Positions 12,918 to 25,693 of a stretch of 64,000 bases of DNA are shown here, piece by piece (the first letter of the stretch is position 1; each line of letters opens with the position of its first letter). Where the stretch lies: positions 61,566,001-61,630,000 of the forward strand of contig OZ241829.1 of assembly GCA_965202585.1 (NCBI GenBank). Reading direction: 5' to 3'. A program made the position numbers and the translations under genes. The stretch comes from Thalia democratica (Eukaryota). The notes under the pieces were generated by a model. The model was given only the letters and a program-made list of their open reading frames with translations. It did no database searches and was not told the origin of the DNA.

Positions 12918-15900
12918 ATGATGAGTAGAGCAACTTTTGTTACAAATGCAAGTAAGTGGAAAACAGGTAGTAACTTTCCCTTGAAGGGTTTATACACATA
13001 TGATGGAACAGTTTTAAACGATGATGAAAGTGTTCAAAAAAGAGATGGCTATACTTTTCCACTACCTAAAAAAGATCAGTCAGGTTTGTTTTACATTTTC
13101 GTTGTTTATTATAGAGTCTTCTAGATCAAAATGCTGGATCTTGCCACAGCTTACCAAGACCTAGATCTGACCAGATTTTAATTTAAAAAAAATTGATGTT
13201 AATCAGGTTTCTGCTAGATCTTGAAGATCATCTTGATTAAAAAAGGTCTATGTTGTTCTGGTTAGACTTCATTTAAATTTGAAAATCATATTTGGTCAAA
13301 CTTACTGTTAAATTAGGCTTTGTCATATCATTTTTCTACATTAAGACTTAAACTGAAGCAGTAGAATCATTTTTATTAATAAATGTTTAGCAGGAATAGG
13401 GTTTAAACTATTGTGAAATTAAGATGAGGCTAGATCTGGCGTTTTAATCTGGAGAACTTTAGCTCAATATTCTAAATTATATTTACTCCTAAGTCAAACT
13501 TGTTTAAAATTATGATACAGTGTGTATGATTTATTAAATCTTTTGCTAATTTAAAAGTTAAAAATGTAAAAAAAAAAACACTTCAATAGCTAGAGCATAT
13601 TAAAATATAATAAAACCAAAATTTCTTTTTAATTATTAACAAGAGACCAATGGAGTTCAGAAAAAAAACATTGTATTTTATATTAAAGCTTGAACTTTGA
13701 ACTACAAGTAACTTTTTACAGCTTAAATGTAAACAAATATATTCTGTAAGATGTATCCAGTTTAAAAAAGTTTTACAAATGCAGGATAGGCTGTCAAGCG
13801 GAAATTTAGTTTAGTGATGACTAAAAAATCAACCAATTGTATAGAGTTCCCATTTCCCTTGAATTTTTTTATTGTCATAAGAATAAAAGAATTATGAAAA
13901 TTCCTAAATTTTACGTTTTTGCTTAGCACTGGAGGATTTTGTAATGAAATGTCAGGTATTTTCTTAGTTTTATAAACTCAGACTAACTCATGGTAGTTTT
14001 AAGGCCATAGGGGAGGGGGGGTAAAATACTTTTTTTTTAATTAACTTTGGTTTTTATATGAAAGCTTTAATTACAAACTATAAGCCAGTTTTTATAGAAT
14101 TCAATAATATCATTTAACTTTTGAGATATTTTATTTTTTGTAAAAAGTTTCTAATTTATAGACCAGAAATTTTTCAGGGTCAATTTTCATGGGAATTTTA
14201 AAAATCACTAAAAATCTATCTCCTTTATTTTTCAAGCAATCTTCTTCAAATGTTCAGGAAATGTTCCTTATACTAAAAGAAAAAGCGTTACTTATGACTT
14301 TTGATAATTAAAAAAAATATATTTTATGACAAAAATTAAAAAAAAAGTATTTTTTTCTCAAAGTAAAAATATTTTTACTTCAAATTTTTTAAATTCACAA
14401 GTAATGTTTTTTTATTGTATAAAGATTAGACTGTGAAAGTTTGAAGAAGATTGCTTCAAAAATGTAGGAGGAGATAGATTTTAAACAAACTAGTTTTTTT
14501 TTGCTGTATTAGTTTTCACTTCCCATAGAAAGCGTATTATACAGCCCGACTAAGCTTATTCAAAATTCTAAAAAATAACATTAATCTGCAGGCAGTACGT
14601 TGTCTACCATTAATCACTAGAATACTACTCCTGAAGGTAGTTTAATAATGTCCTTAGTGTATAGTCTACATTATATGCTCTAAATTATATAAAAACTGTC
14701 ATAAAGACTGTTAAACATCAAACTTTATTCTATAATAGTAATTTTGGTAACTATAATGAAACACAGTAAGTCAACTTATAAATTGATAATAGAAATAAGC
14801 TAAGAAGAGAATGAACAGTATCTTAATATAGTTGTTCTCTAACACCATCTAGCTTTTTTTTTTGCTTTCTCTAGATTTTTGCTAGTTATCATTTAATTCT
14901 CTAGATTTTTTGTAATTTGGTTGGAACCCTGTATTTTATTTTGTTTATAAGCTGTCTTTTAAGTACAATGTTCTAATATAAACATAATAAACTATAAAAA
15001 TTTATATTTTTCATGTCATAGGCTATAAAAACTCTTCTAATATGAACCAAAATTTACTTTACTTTTAAAAATTAAAAACTGTCATAGAAAATTAACTTTA
15101 AATTATCATTTGTTCAAACTTTAAGAATAATTAAATGGAAATAAAAACATTTAAAGAGTTTTATAGAACAAACTGTTGCAATACACTTTCCTGTCACAAT
15201 ATAGTTTTTTAAATAATAAAAACTGTAGAGTAAAAATGAACTGGAATAATTAAATATATAACTAATAAATTATTTTTATATGTGCCAAACAGGAAACTTG
15301 TTCTTCAGTGACGCACCAGAATTTTGTCCAAACCTGACGCCAAAGCAAATGATACAAATGGGCAGTTTCGGAGCCACTTACTTCCGTCCAATCAACTCAA
15401 GCGTGACTGGTTTGAGGTACGACCGAATGTGGGAGGAACTTCCACAAAACTGGCTCGAAGGCAAACATCACAGGTTTGAAGTTTGTTAGTAAAACTCTAG
15501 CATAAGTTAATAACAACATTTTAAAGTGCTTTTGTAGTGTTGATTAGAAAGTTTTTAATGGTTTCTTGTATTTTATCAACCTTTGGAGTTGTGTTGTACT
15601 GAGATATAGCAGGGTCTTTAGTGTCGCTTATTTATATGCAATTTTTTATACAAAGCTTAAAATAGTTTTATGATTGTCATCAAAATATAATTGAGGTTGT
15701 AATACAATAAAACAAGTAACATGTTACAAAACAAAACTTTATAGTAGACACAATTAGAATTCTTAGGTTTTTATATAAACATCTGGGCTGAATGTTTTGA
15801 ATATTTTTTGTGTGCTTATTAGTTCAAGTACATCTTTTACAGTTTTCATTGTAGGTTACAAATTTTTGTACTGAGTTTTAACCATAATCCAAAATTAACT

Positions 15901-18900
15901 CTACAGACACAAAATGACTTATAATGTTTTGCATTTATCTTTGATTGTTTAAAACATAGTTAGTAATGCAGAATATTATAATTATATAATTTTAAAGCTT
16001 TTTTATTTAAGCAAGGATTTATTTTTTACAGGGATTTGGTGTCTTCAACAAAGTACAAGGCGAATTGTAATAAGTTCAAGCGGCCAGTTGGAGGTTCCTT
16101 GGACATGTGGGAGGGTAAGGGATGGATCAAAGAACAAGATCCTTACGGATGGTTTCACTGGTACTGCAGGTAACTCAAATAATAGTTTTGTTCTATTTAG
16201 AATTCAATGTGAAAAGTTTCTTAAAATCAGAATTATTATTATTAACTGATGTTTTTATTAAGGTTTAAAACTTTGTTTTTATGTTTCTTTCAGTTATAAA
16301 TTATTTCGAAATTCATATCTTTTGCATTATAACTTCTAGCCTTTAGTTATTGTTATGGATTAGTTTTTTAAATGAAGTTTACATAAAACTTTCCTTTTTT
16401 TTGCCTATTTTTATCAGCACTTCAAAGTATTTACTAAAAGTCCATCTCTTAAATTTTTTTAAAGTTGTTTACCTCAAATGTTTATATTGTATAATAAGAA
16501 ACAGTAAAAGCAAACTTGGTGACAAAAATAATAAGAAAATATATTTTTTCAGGGTTGCCACAAGGTCAGGAAATCAGGATAAGTCAGGAAAAAATGGGAT
16601 TTTTCAAAAAAAAGTCAGGAAAAGTTAGGAAATTTGACAAAATTAAAAAAAAATCAGATTTTGTCAGTTTAAATTTACAAAATTCCTTATTTTCCAAAGC
16701 CTTCAAATGGTAAAAAAAATTAATTAAAAATTCTTTAAAGTCAGACTAAAATTGCAAAATTTTCCTATAAATTTACAAAATTAATTAGGTTCCAATGCCT
16801 TCATCTGGTATAAATAAATAAAATATTCTTTATAAAACTGCAAAATTTTTCTATTAACATATTGAACAACTACCCTACTTGAAAAAGCAGTTTTTGTAAG
16901 CTTTTAAGTATTGATGATCTGTAGCAAGGAAACTTCCATAATTAAACTGTGATATATGTATACATAAAAGTTTATCTAGCATAAGTTTAGAACCTAAGTG
17001 TTTTTTGTTTAAGTAAATAATTGAGGTAGCAAAATTGGAGGTAAAATTTAATGAGTGCAAAAGTAATAATAGGAATGAAGCCCACAAATTGTGGCTAGAT
17101 TTAGATATAAGATTCTCTTCGACAAGTGTAGGGGCAGCAGATGAGAACGATTTAAATAAAATGAGGCAAATGGTTTTAACTGCTAAGAAAATGAAGCATG
17201 ATGCAGACCAGATGAAGGAAAAATCATTAGATGAAAAGGTTGAAGTGCTAATAAAAAAACAGAGAAAATAAATTTTAGTACATATAATTAAATAAAAAAC
17301 AGTATATGATTAGGTTCTTTATTCTTTGAAGGTTTTATTTGTAAAAGTCCGTTATTGTCTTAAGGTGTTAGTTGTGAAAGTTGGTTATTAATTAAAGGTT
17401 TTAATTGTAAAAGTTCCTTATATGTCGTTTTGTTTATTTAGATACAATTATGTAAGGAAATGCTAAAAAAATGATTTTTTTCAGACAAGCTGTGTTTATA
17501 AGGTAATAATACAAGTATTTTGCTCATAGAGCTGTTTATTGCAAATACATCAATCATACACAGGTGGTTCAAGTGATGTAATGGAAGTTTGATGACTGAA
17601 TTCAACAAAAAAAACTGTTGTTTTAACCTGTATTAAAATTAGATTTAAAGCTTTATATAGTTTTAAGTGTTAGATTATGTATTTTAGAACAAGTTTACAT
17701 TAAGAGTTTGAGTTAGAAAAGTCAAGAAAATTTTAGTAAAAAGTCAGGAAAAGTCAGAAAACTTGATCTGTGGCAACCCTGTTTTTAAAAAAAAAAAAAA
17801 AAAATTCTTTTAGAAACTATAAAATCCCTTTTATACAGATTGTTTTTAACTTAATTAAAATTAGACTACAATAAATTAAAAACTCATGTTCAAAAACTGT
17901 AGGAGGAGATGTATTTTATTTGAAATGATTTTTTTAAGCTTTTTAATTATTGCCTTTTACAGGGAACATTTTGAGCTATTTAACCTTAATAAACTATTCA
18001 AACCACTTAAATTCAGTAACGCGCTGGTTTTGGGTGAGTTAGTTTTGAGTGTTGAGTTGATAACATGTTAATTGCTTGCAAGCGTTGTGTTCGCATCGTA
18101 CTTTTGTACGATGGCGACTGTTCTTTTATGAACTTTTGAATTAAAGTAGCTTATTTTGTGTCTTTCAGTCAGCAGTTGTTGTATTTTGATCGCAGTTTTT
18201 ATACATTGTAAATATACCTTTGTTTCTAAGACTCGATTTCTTTACATACAATTAGTTTAAGCATTCTAACAATCTAACTACTTAATTAGGCTAAGCTCAA
18301 ATGATAGTCTAAGTCAATTCGCATTTCATTATCGACTAAGCTAAATAACTTAGCTAAGTCATTTCTAAACAGTTAGGTAACCGTCACCGATATTGTTATA
18401 GCGCGTTAAGTCAGTTAATATCTAGGTTCGCGTGTACAAGTAACAATCAACATCGTGTGAACGGCAAATTGCTATACTTCAGTTTAACGTTCTAAGTATG
18501 TTTTTTTTATTACGTATTTATACATGTTTCAAAGTAGATTAATTTAATAATAGTTGAATTATCGTGATGCAATAAAATGTACGTTGTGACGTCACAACAG
18601 GTACTACCTGGGAAGGAGGAGTGAGGACGACGCGAGGCAGATCAAGAGGTGGGTGAACTTCACCGGCGCCAGGGGAAGGTGGAAGATATCGATTGTGAGG
18701 GAAGTGGAAAAGCATCAAGGTTTTTGAAATTTGTTGATATATAGGGGTTTCGTTATAAACAAGAACCATTTGCAACTTAAAATCACTAAATTTTTATAAC
18801 AAGTTTGTTGATTATTAAAATGTTTTTGTGGTTTGCAGAAGGCGTAGTTTTATTTTTAAAGTCATGAATATTTTATTCTCTTATCTATTGTAGTATGTTT

Positions 18901-19656
18901 AAAAAAAAACTAAATTATAAACATAATGTTACCAAAAGTCCTTTAACAACAACATTTTAAACTAAATTAAATAATATCTTGAAATTTAAACTGTTTATAA
19001 AATCTTTGAGTGTCTAAAAATTTATTAAATATCCTTGAGATTTTGATTTATATGAAAGTATTAGTGTTTGTTTTAAACTTTTTTAAAAAATTTTTAGTTG
19101 AAAAATTTAAAGTTGAGCACTTTTTTACAATCATCTATTGACTAATTTTAGATATCGTATAATCAGTTATTGAAAATTTACTTATAAACTGCAGCTAGAC
19201 TTTGATTTTAATATGAAATTGCAAATCTGTTTATCTTATTTTTTTTAAGTTGGTGTTTAAAAGAAGTATTTATTTATTCTTTTTTTATTGGCGTATATCA
19301 TTTTATTGAATATTTAAAACGATTAATTTAAAATCATTTTAAGTTAAGCACTGTTTTTACTTTAGTTAATTGATATAACATTTTTTTTTTTTAATTATAC
19401 TTATCATGTTTTGATATTTCTAAAACTGGCTACCGTATAAAAACAGTCAAGTACATTTAAAAGGTCTTACATTTTGAATTTTAAGTTTAACTTTTTTATA
19501 ACTAATATGTTCACATTTTTCATCGCAGGAGCTTACAATGATGCCAATATAGCGCCTGGAATCCGACAAATTTTGCAGCATTGGGGCTACGAGCTCACCC
19601 ATGAAGATTTCGAATTTGGCAAGAAAAATTTTCCTCGCAAGAACAAGCCAGTGTGA
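12918..19656 (+). CDS. conserved uncharacterised Trp/Arg-rich protein; 5 exons, about 243 aa
   Basis: Exons 12918-13083, 15293-15473, 16032-16169, 18601-18719, 19529-19656 join in frame: ..LPKKDQS|GNLFFSDAPEFCPNLTPKQMIQMGSFGATYFRP..WLEGKHHR|DLVSSTKY..GGSLDMWEGKGWIKEQDPYGWFHWYCR|YYLGRRSEDDARQIKRW..|GAYNDANIAPGIRQILQHWGYELT. From memory this family has fungal, bacterial and invertebrate members; not searched. Confidence 0.88.
14003..14530 (+). mobile_element. Kolobok-like non-autonomous element remnant (right end not defined)
   Basis: TTAA|GGCCATAGGGAGGGGG terminus. Related termini at 54954-54975 (TTAA|GGGCATAGGGAGG) and, inverted, at 51284-51296 (CCTATGGCC|TTAA). TTAA plus a purine-starting TIR fits Kolobok. 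Confidence 0.4.
16550..17781. mobile_element. non-autonomous DNA transposon, family A, in intron 3 of the uncharacterised gene
   Basis: 12-bp TIR CAGGGTTGCCAC...GTGGCAACCCTG, subterminal GTCAGGAA repeats, flanked by TTTTT on both sides; similar over its length to 21000-22607. Confidence 0.85.
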
Positions 19657-20173
19657 GAAATACTAACTATAATGTGGCCGCCTGGAACTGAATATGTTGT
19701 GAGAGATTTATACATTAGTGTTGATGAGAGATTTATTGCTCTTTCTGGTTTTGCTGGTGTCTTATAACTCCTTTTTTTTTTGCTAAAATCCTTTTTATTT
19801 GTATTCAAATAAAATATATATATATATCAATTTTGAATTTAAAAAGCATTGAAAGTTTTCAGTTTAGCTTTATTATAAATTCATAATCATGATTTACAAA
19901 GCCTATGTTTTGATTAAAGTAAAGATATGAATAAAATACGCTTGACAAAAGTTAACATAAAAGTTGATATAACTCACATTACTTGACATGAAAAAATAAA
20001 CAATACCTACAAAAAATTAACAATCTATATTTTAGTTTCACAAGAAGTACAAAATTTTTGTTGGTTTTATTTGTGTTAAAGAGATTTGTAACATTTAAAA
20101 CATAATATTTAGTCGCTTTATTTTAAACTCTAACTTTATACAATTTTTTGATTGCGCAAATGTTTACTAGATA

Positions 20174-20552
20174 CAGGGTTGCCAAAAAACTTGGAATCCT
20201 TGAAAAAGCTGGAATTTCATAATTTAGGCTAAAAAACCTAGAATTTTGAACAAAAATCACTAAAAAAAAACTGGAATTTTAAACAACTTACATGTTTTGT
20301 AGTAAACTTTCAATTTGACACAAAAAATCTATCGTGTAGATTTAAATTTTTGTCATCATCAAATTTTTCTTTTTTTAAACACATTTAAAGAAGCTTTAAG
20401 GTGTTTTTTCAATGTTGTTATGCTATTTAACAAAGTTTTTACCTTACACTTAATTTTAAACTAAAACTAGACCCTAAAACGTGTACTTTTAAAAACCTGG
20501 AAGAAATTTTGAAAACCTGGAGAAAATTTGCCAAAAATATTTGGCAAACCTG
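20174..20552. mobile_element. MITE family B
   Basis: TIR CAGGGTTGCCAA...TTGGCAAACCTG, internal CCTGGAA motifs, flanked by direct repeat TAGATA (20168-20173 / 20553-20558). Confidence 0.85.
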
Positions 20553-20999
20553 TAGATAAAATATATAATAATTTAGTTTTTGATGCTTGTAATTTTACTA
20601 CACTGACAAATATAAATAAAAACAGTAACAACTATGTTAGTGTTTTATGCGAGTTTCTAAAGTGTTTTGTACAGTAAAGTTATTATTAGCTAACGATAAT
20701 AGTATTAATAAATATAAACAAACTTTATTTTATTAGTATATATATTAAAAAAAAAGTCATAAAAAAATACAAAGATATTGCTAAGAAAGAAAATTAAGTG
20801 CTTTTAGTTTTAATTGTCAAGAAAAACTGCTAAATGATTGTAGATGTGTTGAAAGCGTTTTGATCACAAGTTCTTTAATCATGTTATTGCGAAAGTGTTT
20901 GAAAAGTATTTATTTCAAATCGCACTAAGCAGAACTTTAAGTTTTTAAATTAAAGTGATAATTATACATCAAAGCTTTTATTTGGTTATTTGAATATAC

Positions 21000-22607
21000 C
21001 AGGGTTGCCACTCGGTCAGGAAATCAGGAAAAATTAAAAAAAATGACAAAAGTCAGGAAAAAATGGGGGGTTTTGAAAAAAGCCAGGAAATTTGATAAAA
21101 TTAAAAAAAAAAGTCAGATTTTGTCAGTTTAAATTTACAAAATTCCTTGCTTTCCAAAGCCTTCAAATTAATTAAAAATCCTTTAAAGTCAGAAAAACAT
21201 ACAAAAATTTTCCTAGAAATTTACAAAATTATTTAACTTCCAATGCCTTCATCTGGTATGAATTAGTAAAATATCCTTACAAAACTACAAAAATTTTCTA
21301 TTAACATATTGAACGAAAGACCTTCTTGAACAAGCAGATTTTGTAAGCTTTTTAGTAATGATGATCTGTAGTAAAAACACTTTCATAGTGAAATTGTGAT
21401 ACATACAAAAAGTTTATCTAGCATAATTTTAAAATCAAAGTGTTTTTTGTTTAAGTAAATAATTGAGTTCTTTATAACTAAGCAGTTAGTTTTTTATGTA
21501 AGAAGTTAATGAGTATACTTTACCTCTTTATAATTTTTTCAAAGTTGTTTAAATTTATAAAATAAGTTTTAAGAGAGGTATATGCCAAAATTAAGTTCAT
21601 TTGTATTTTTTGTAGAGTAACTTAAGTTTTTAAAGTAAATAAGAGTATATTTATTTGTCACAAATTTTATACTAAATGATAAAAGGAAGTGTTTTATAAA
21701 TGAAAGTAAAAATAAATGAGTGTCAAAAGAAAAGAAATGAAGCCCACAAGTTGTAGCTTGATTTAGAGAAAAAATTATCTTCAACAAGTGTAGGGTCAGC
21801 AGATGAGAGCGATTTAGATAAAATGAGGCAAATGATTTTAATTGCCAAGAAAATGAAGCGGAATGCAGTTCAGATGAAGGAAACCATATCTTCATAAGAT
21901 GAAGAGGTTGAAGTGCTTATAAAAAACGGATAAAATAAATTTTAGTACATACATTTAAAAAAAACAGTATTTGATTAAGTTCTTTAATGTTTTAACTGTA
22001 ATAGTTCGTTATTGTTTTAAGGTTTGAGTTGTAAAAGTTCCCTATTGATTTAAGATTTTAATTGTTAAAGTTCCTTATATGTCGTTTCGTTTATTTAGAT
22101 ACATTTATGCTAGGAAATTCTAAAATATTGTGTTCTTTATTGTTTTAAGGTTTCAACTGTAAACATTTGTTATTGTTTTAAGACTTTAGTTGTGAAAGTT
22201 CGTTATTAATTCAAGGTTTTAATTTTAAAAGTTCCTTATATGTCGTTTGTTTATCTAGACACATTTATGCTAGGAAATACTAAAAAATTGTGCCTTTTAT
22301 TAGACAAGTTGTGTTTTAAGGTAACACTACAAGTATTTTGCTGATAGAATGTTTATTACAAACATTAATCATACACAGATGGTTTAAGTGATGTACTGGA
22401 AGTTTGATGATAGAATTCAGCAAAAAAAAACTGTTGTTTTTAACCTGTATTAAAATTAGTTTGAAAGCTTTATATAGTTTCAAGTGTTAGATTATGTATT
22501 TTAGAATAAGTTTAATTTAAGAGTTTGATTTAGAAAAGTCAGGAAAATTTTGGTAAAAAGTCAGGAAAAGTCGAAAATTTTTCTCAGCTTGATCAGTGGC
22601 AACCATG
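21000..22607. mobile_element. non-autonomous DNA transposon, family A, second copy
   Basis: CAGGGTTGCCAC...GTGGCAACCATG; collinear with 16550-17781 plus an internal tandem duplication of about 160 bp near 21980-22295. Confidence 0.85.
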
Positions 22608-23386
22608 GTTGTTGGTATAATTTATTTTTAAATCTCTATAAGTATAACGTTTTAACCTAAGTAATTGATATATTAAACATAATTTTTTTTTTGTTATACT
22701 TCTCAAATTTTAATATTTCTAAAACTGGCTATAAAACTAAACTATAACTTGTTTTTAAGTTTCTAAAAGTATTACGTTTAAACTTATATAACAAATATAA
22801 AAAACTGTGTGTTGAATAAACACAGTTAAAATAGTTTTAAAATCGCTAAAAGGCTGATACTAACACTTTTTAAACAAAACAAAAAATTATTTCTTTCCAT
22901 ATTATTCTAAAACTTATTATTTACTGCCCATTTAGATTAAATAAAACAGTCAAAGCTAAGTATCAATTACTACTAGAAGTTAAAAAACAAATTTAAATTT
23001 TTGTTGAAGTGTTTTTTAAAACATATAAGTAAATAACGGTACTTGTTTATAATGTTTTACAAATAGAAACAGGTAATGATTGACGAATTTATTAAAATAC
23101 CTATTAGAATTATACTTGGTATAAATAAAAATTTTAACGAATTATTTGTACTTAAATTCTTACTATTTACTAAAAAGTTTTCCTAATCTCACACTTAGTC
23201 AGTTTACAGCTTGCTTCCAGTTTATCTAGTATTTTTAATTTTAAATACTTCTCATTTAGTCGTTAATTTTACCTGTTATCTATTCTGATAGTATTAGAAA
23301 TAAGTACTATAAATATTAATGTCTTAAAAAATTTACATAAAGGTGTCTGAATATGGTAAATCAAAGCATATATAAAAACCGTGAAC

Positions 23387-23699
23387 GGGTCGAAATTGCA
23401 CAAAGGGTCATTTTTGCACGAAAGCAAAAAAAAAAGATAAATTAAAACAAAAAAGTTACTGACCCTTACAGAGGGTTAGGGGTGATAGTAAGAAATAACT
23501 AATACAAATTATTATTAAAAATAAGAAGAAAAATGAATAAATTAATTAAAATGAAAAAAAGCTACCGACCGAGGGTTAGGGGTAATAGTGATGGAAAAAT
23601 AAAGTTATCGAGGGTAAAGGTAAAATAAATAAAAAATTCTACCCGTGCAAAAGTGTCTTCGTGAAATTTAGTCCCCTCGTGCAAATTTGACACCTACCC
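23387..23699. mobile_element. MITE with GTGCAAA subterminal repeats and GGGTTAGGGG motifs
   Basis: GGGTCGAAATTGCAC...GTGCAAATTTGACACCTACCC imperfect inverted ends; partial related copy at 52115-52330. Confidence 0.65.
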
Positions 23700-24101
23700 A
23701 TGAATACTATTTGGTTATGATGTAAATTGAACAGTTTTGCTTGTTTGTAGTTTTGATTTTGTAATCTAAAACTAAGTAAAAATATTTCTCAAACATTTAT
23801 ACCAGGAATGTTCTTTAAAGACTAATAAATTAATTTACAGGAAATCCAAACTTAGATAAAATAATTTTAAACAACAAATTATTAAGCTTATGTAAAAAAA
23901 ATAGTTTTATAGTTTGATCAAAAAGAAATTAAGTTACGAAAAAGTCTATAAAAGTTTTAATACTAATTTTTCAAGTCATTTTTAGAAAAACTTTCAAAGT
24001 ACAAAAATGTTACCTACAAATTGCACCTATTGCCTATCATTTAAAAGAATTATAGCTTTCAAATTAAATAAAAAATACCTTATTCACATGTATTTAATTT
24101 A

Positions 24102-25693
24102 TTAATCCTCCTCAATTATTTCATCACCGTATTTGTTAAATTTTATTTTTCTGTTCACATGATTAATGTTAGATTCTGCTTTTACAAGAAAAGGTTCATT
24201 GCTTTTTCGAAACTTTCTATAACTTTTTCTTAGTTGCTCGTAAGTCGTATACTTTTTATTACATTTATTTTCTTCAACATCGTCATCAATATTATCGACC
24301 TTTTCATTTTTGACTTGAATTTTGTTTGATATTGACTCGTTCTTTGAAAATTTGTTAGTTCTTTTAGAGTTTTCTCTTACGACTTTTTGACGAACTGGAG
24401 AATTTTCTGGCAATTCCGCTAGAATGCGCTCTTTAGCAGTATTTTGGTAAAATAACTTTCCCACAAAAACTCCCGTCAGAAAGTTTAATGCTCCTAAATA
24501 AGAAAGAGATAGTTATACATTTATTAAATTTAACATATAAATATAAGTTAAAAGAATATGTGTAATTATTTATTTAAGCCAGCGGTCGACAAAAGGTAAA
24601 TATATGGTTTTATTTAAAATTGGATGCAGTCCATGAATGGTAAAACCTACAGCCCCGCATAAATGCAAAGTTGGCATGCAACAAACAACTTTTTAACTTG
24701 CGCTTGTTATCTATGAGATCAAAGTGAAGAGCGAATAACAGGATAGTAGGTACGCTTCACGAATAACTTTGAGTTTCTTTTACTAGACACTTTGGGTCTG
24801 TTATGATGAGTAAAAACAATAAATGTGACCCGCAAAAAAATTTATATTAAAAATTTAGCTTGCAATCACCAAATGACCGCTGACCGTTAATTTAAGCATT
24901 TCTTATGAAGTAAACACAAAGAGTCTTTCTGTATACACATTACAAAGTAATCCTTAATTCTAGTCAGCAAAGTATATTAATTGTCTGGACTGGTATAGCA
25001 GTTATTTGTGACTACATAAGTATATCTAATTAACACTAAACAGGGGCCTTAGATTGTAATAGAAGCTACTGTTGATGGTCAAGCAGTGAAGTTTAGTGAC
25101 AATTCACCTACACAAAAAAGTTTTTAAAGGCATAGAGTTTAATAAAAAAAAATAAAGCTACATTTTTTGTTAGATAGAGTTTAATACAGATAGAGAGTAT
25201 AAATATTTTTGTTGTTAACCTTTGAGTACAAAAATTTCAACAATAGACTACCACACACTTAAAGTTTTTAATAACTCTGTTGCCTTTAAACAACAAACGA
25301 CTAGTCGTCTTTATTAAAGTGTATAAATTAGTTATTCGTAAAAGCAAATTGTCGGAGTTTTTACTTGAATTTTGATTATCTTAAACCAAACTAATAAAGA
25401 ATCTAAATAATACTTTTTATTTAAGTTATTGAAGTACAAAAGTTGTGGTTATATTACCTAAAACAAATATAAAATAATTCAGTATTTTTAATATTTTTAT
25501 GAGATCTTTAATATCTAGACAATATCTTACCTATCGCAATTCTAAATTTTCCCTTGTGTAATTGCGGATTTACTGTCTCGTTTACCTTATCGTAAACTCC
25601 AGCAAACAAAATTCCGAAGGGTAGTCCTCGTGTTTTAAATGCTTCATACTCAATATTGTTTAATAACTCTTTTTCCTGTTTAGTTTTGATCAT
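24102..25693 (-). CDS. OCIAD: OCIA domain-containing protein (OCIAD1/2, asrij family); 2 coding exons, about 184 aa
   Basis: Exons 25693-25531 and 24493-24102 join in phase 1. KQEKELLNNIEYEAFKTRGLP...GVFVGKLFYQNTAKERILAELPENSPV aligns by eye to the OCIA consensus EEERKVFRECNEESFWYRSLP...GYFAGKLSYVKTCQEKF..LENSPL. An extra upstream exon is possible. Confidence 0.75.
24580..24889. mobile_element. hAT-type MITE in the OCIAD intron
   Basis: TIR CAGCGGTC...GACCGCTG (right end partly duplicated), 8-bp TSD ATTTAAGC at 24572-24579 and 24890-24897. Confidence 0.7.

Noticed and set aside
17890-18480. GC-richer intronic stretch with a small hairpin CATCGTAC-TTTT-GTACGATG, possibly a solo LTR or Helitron end
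   Set aside because: No TSD, paired LTR or CTRR terminus could be identified
23475-23582. GGGTTAGGGG telomere-like motifs (also 52130-52188)
   Set aside because: Isolated units inside a MITE, not a tandem telomeric array
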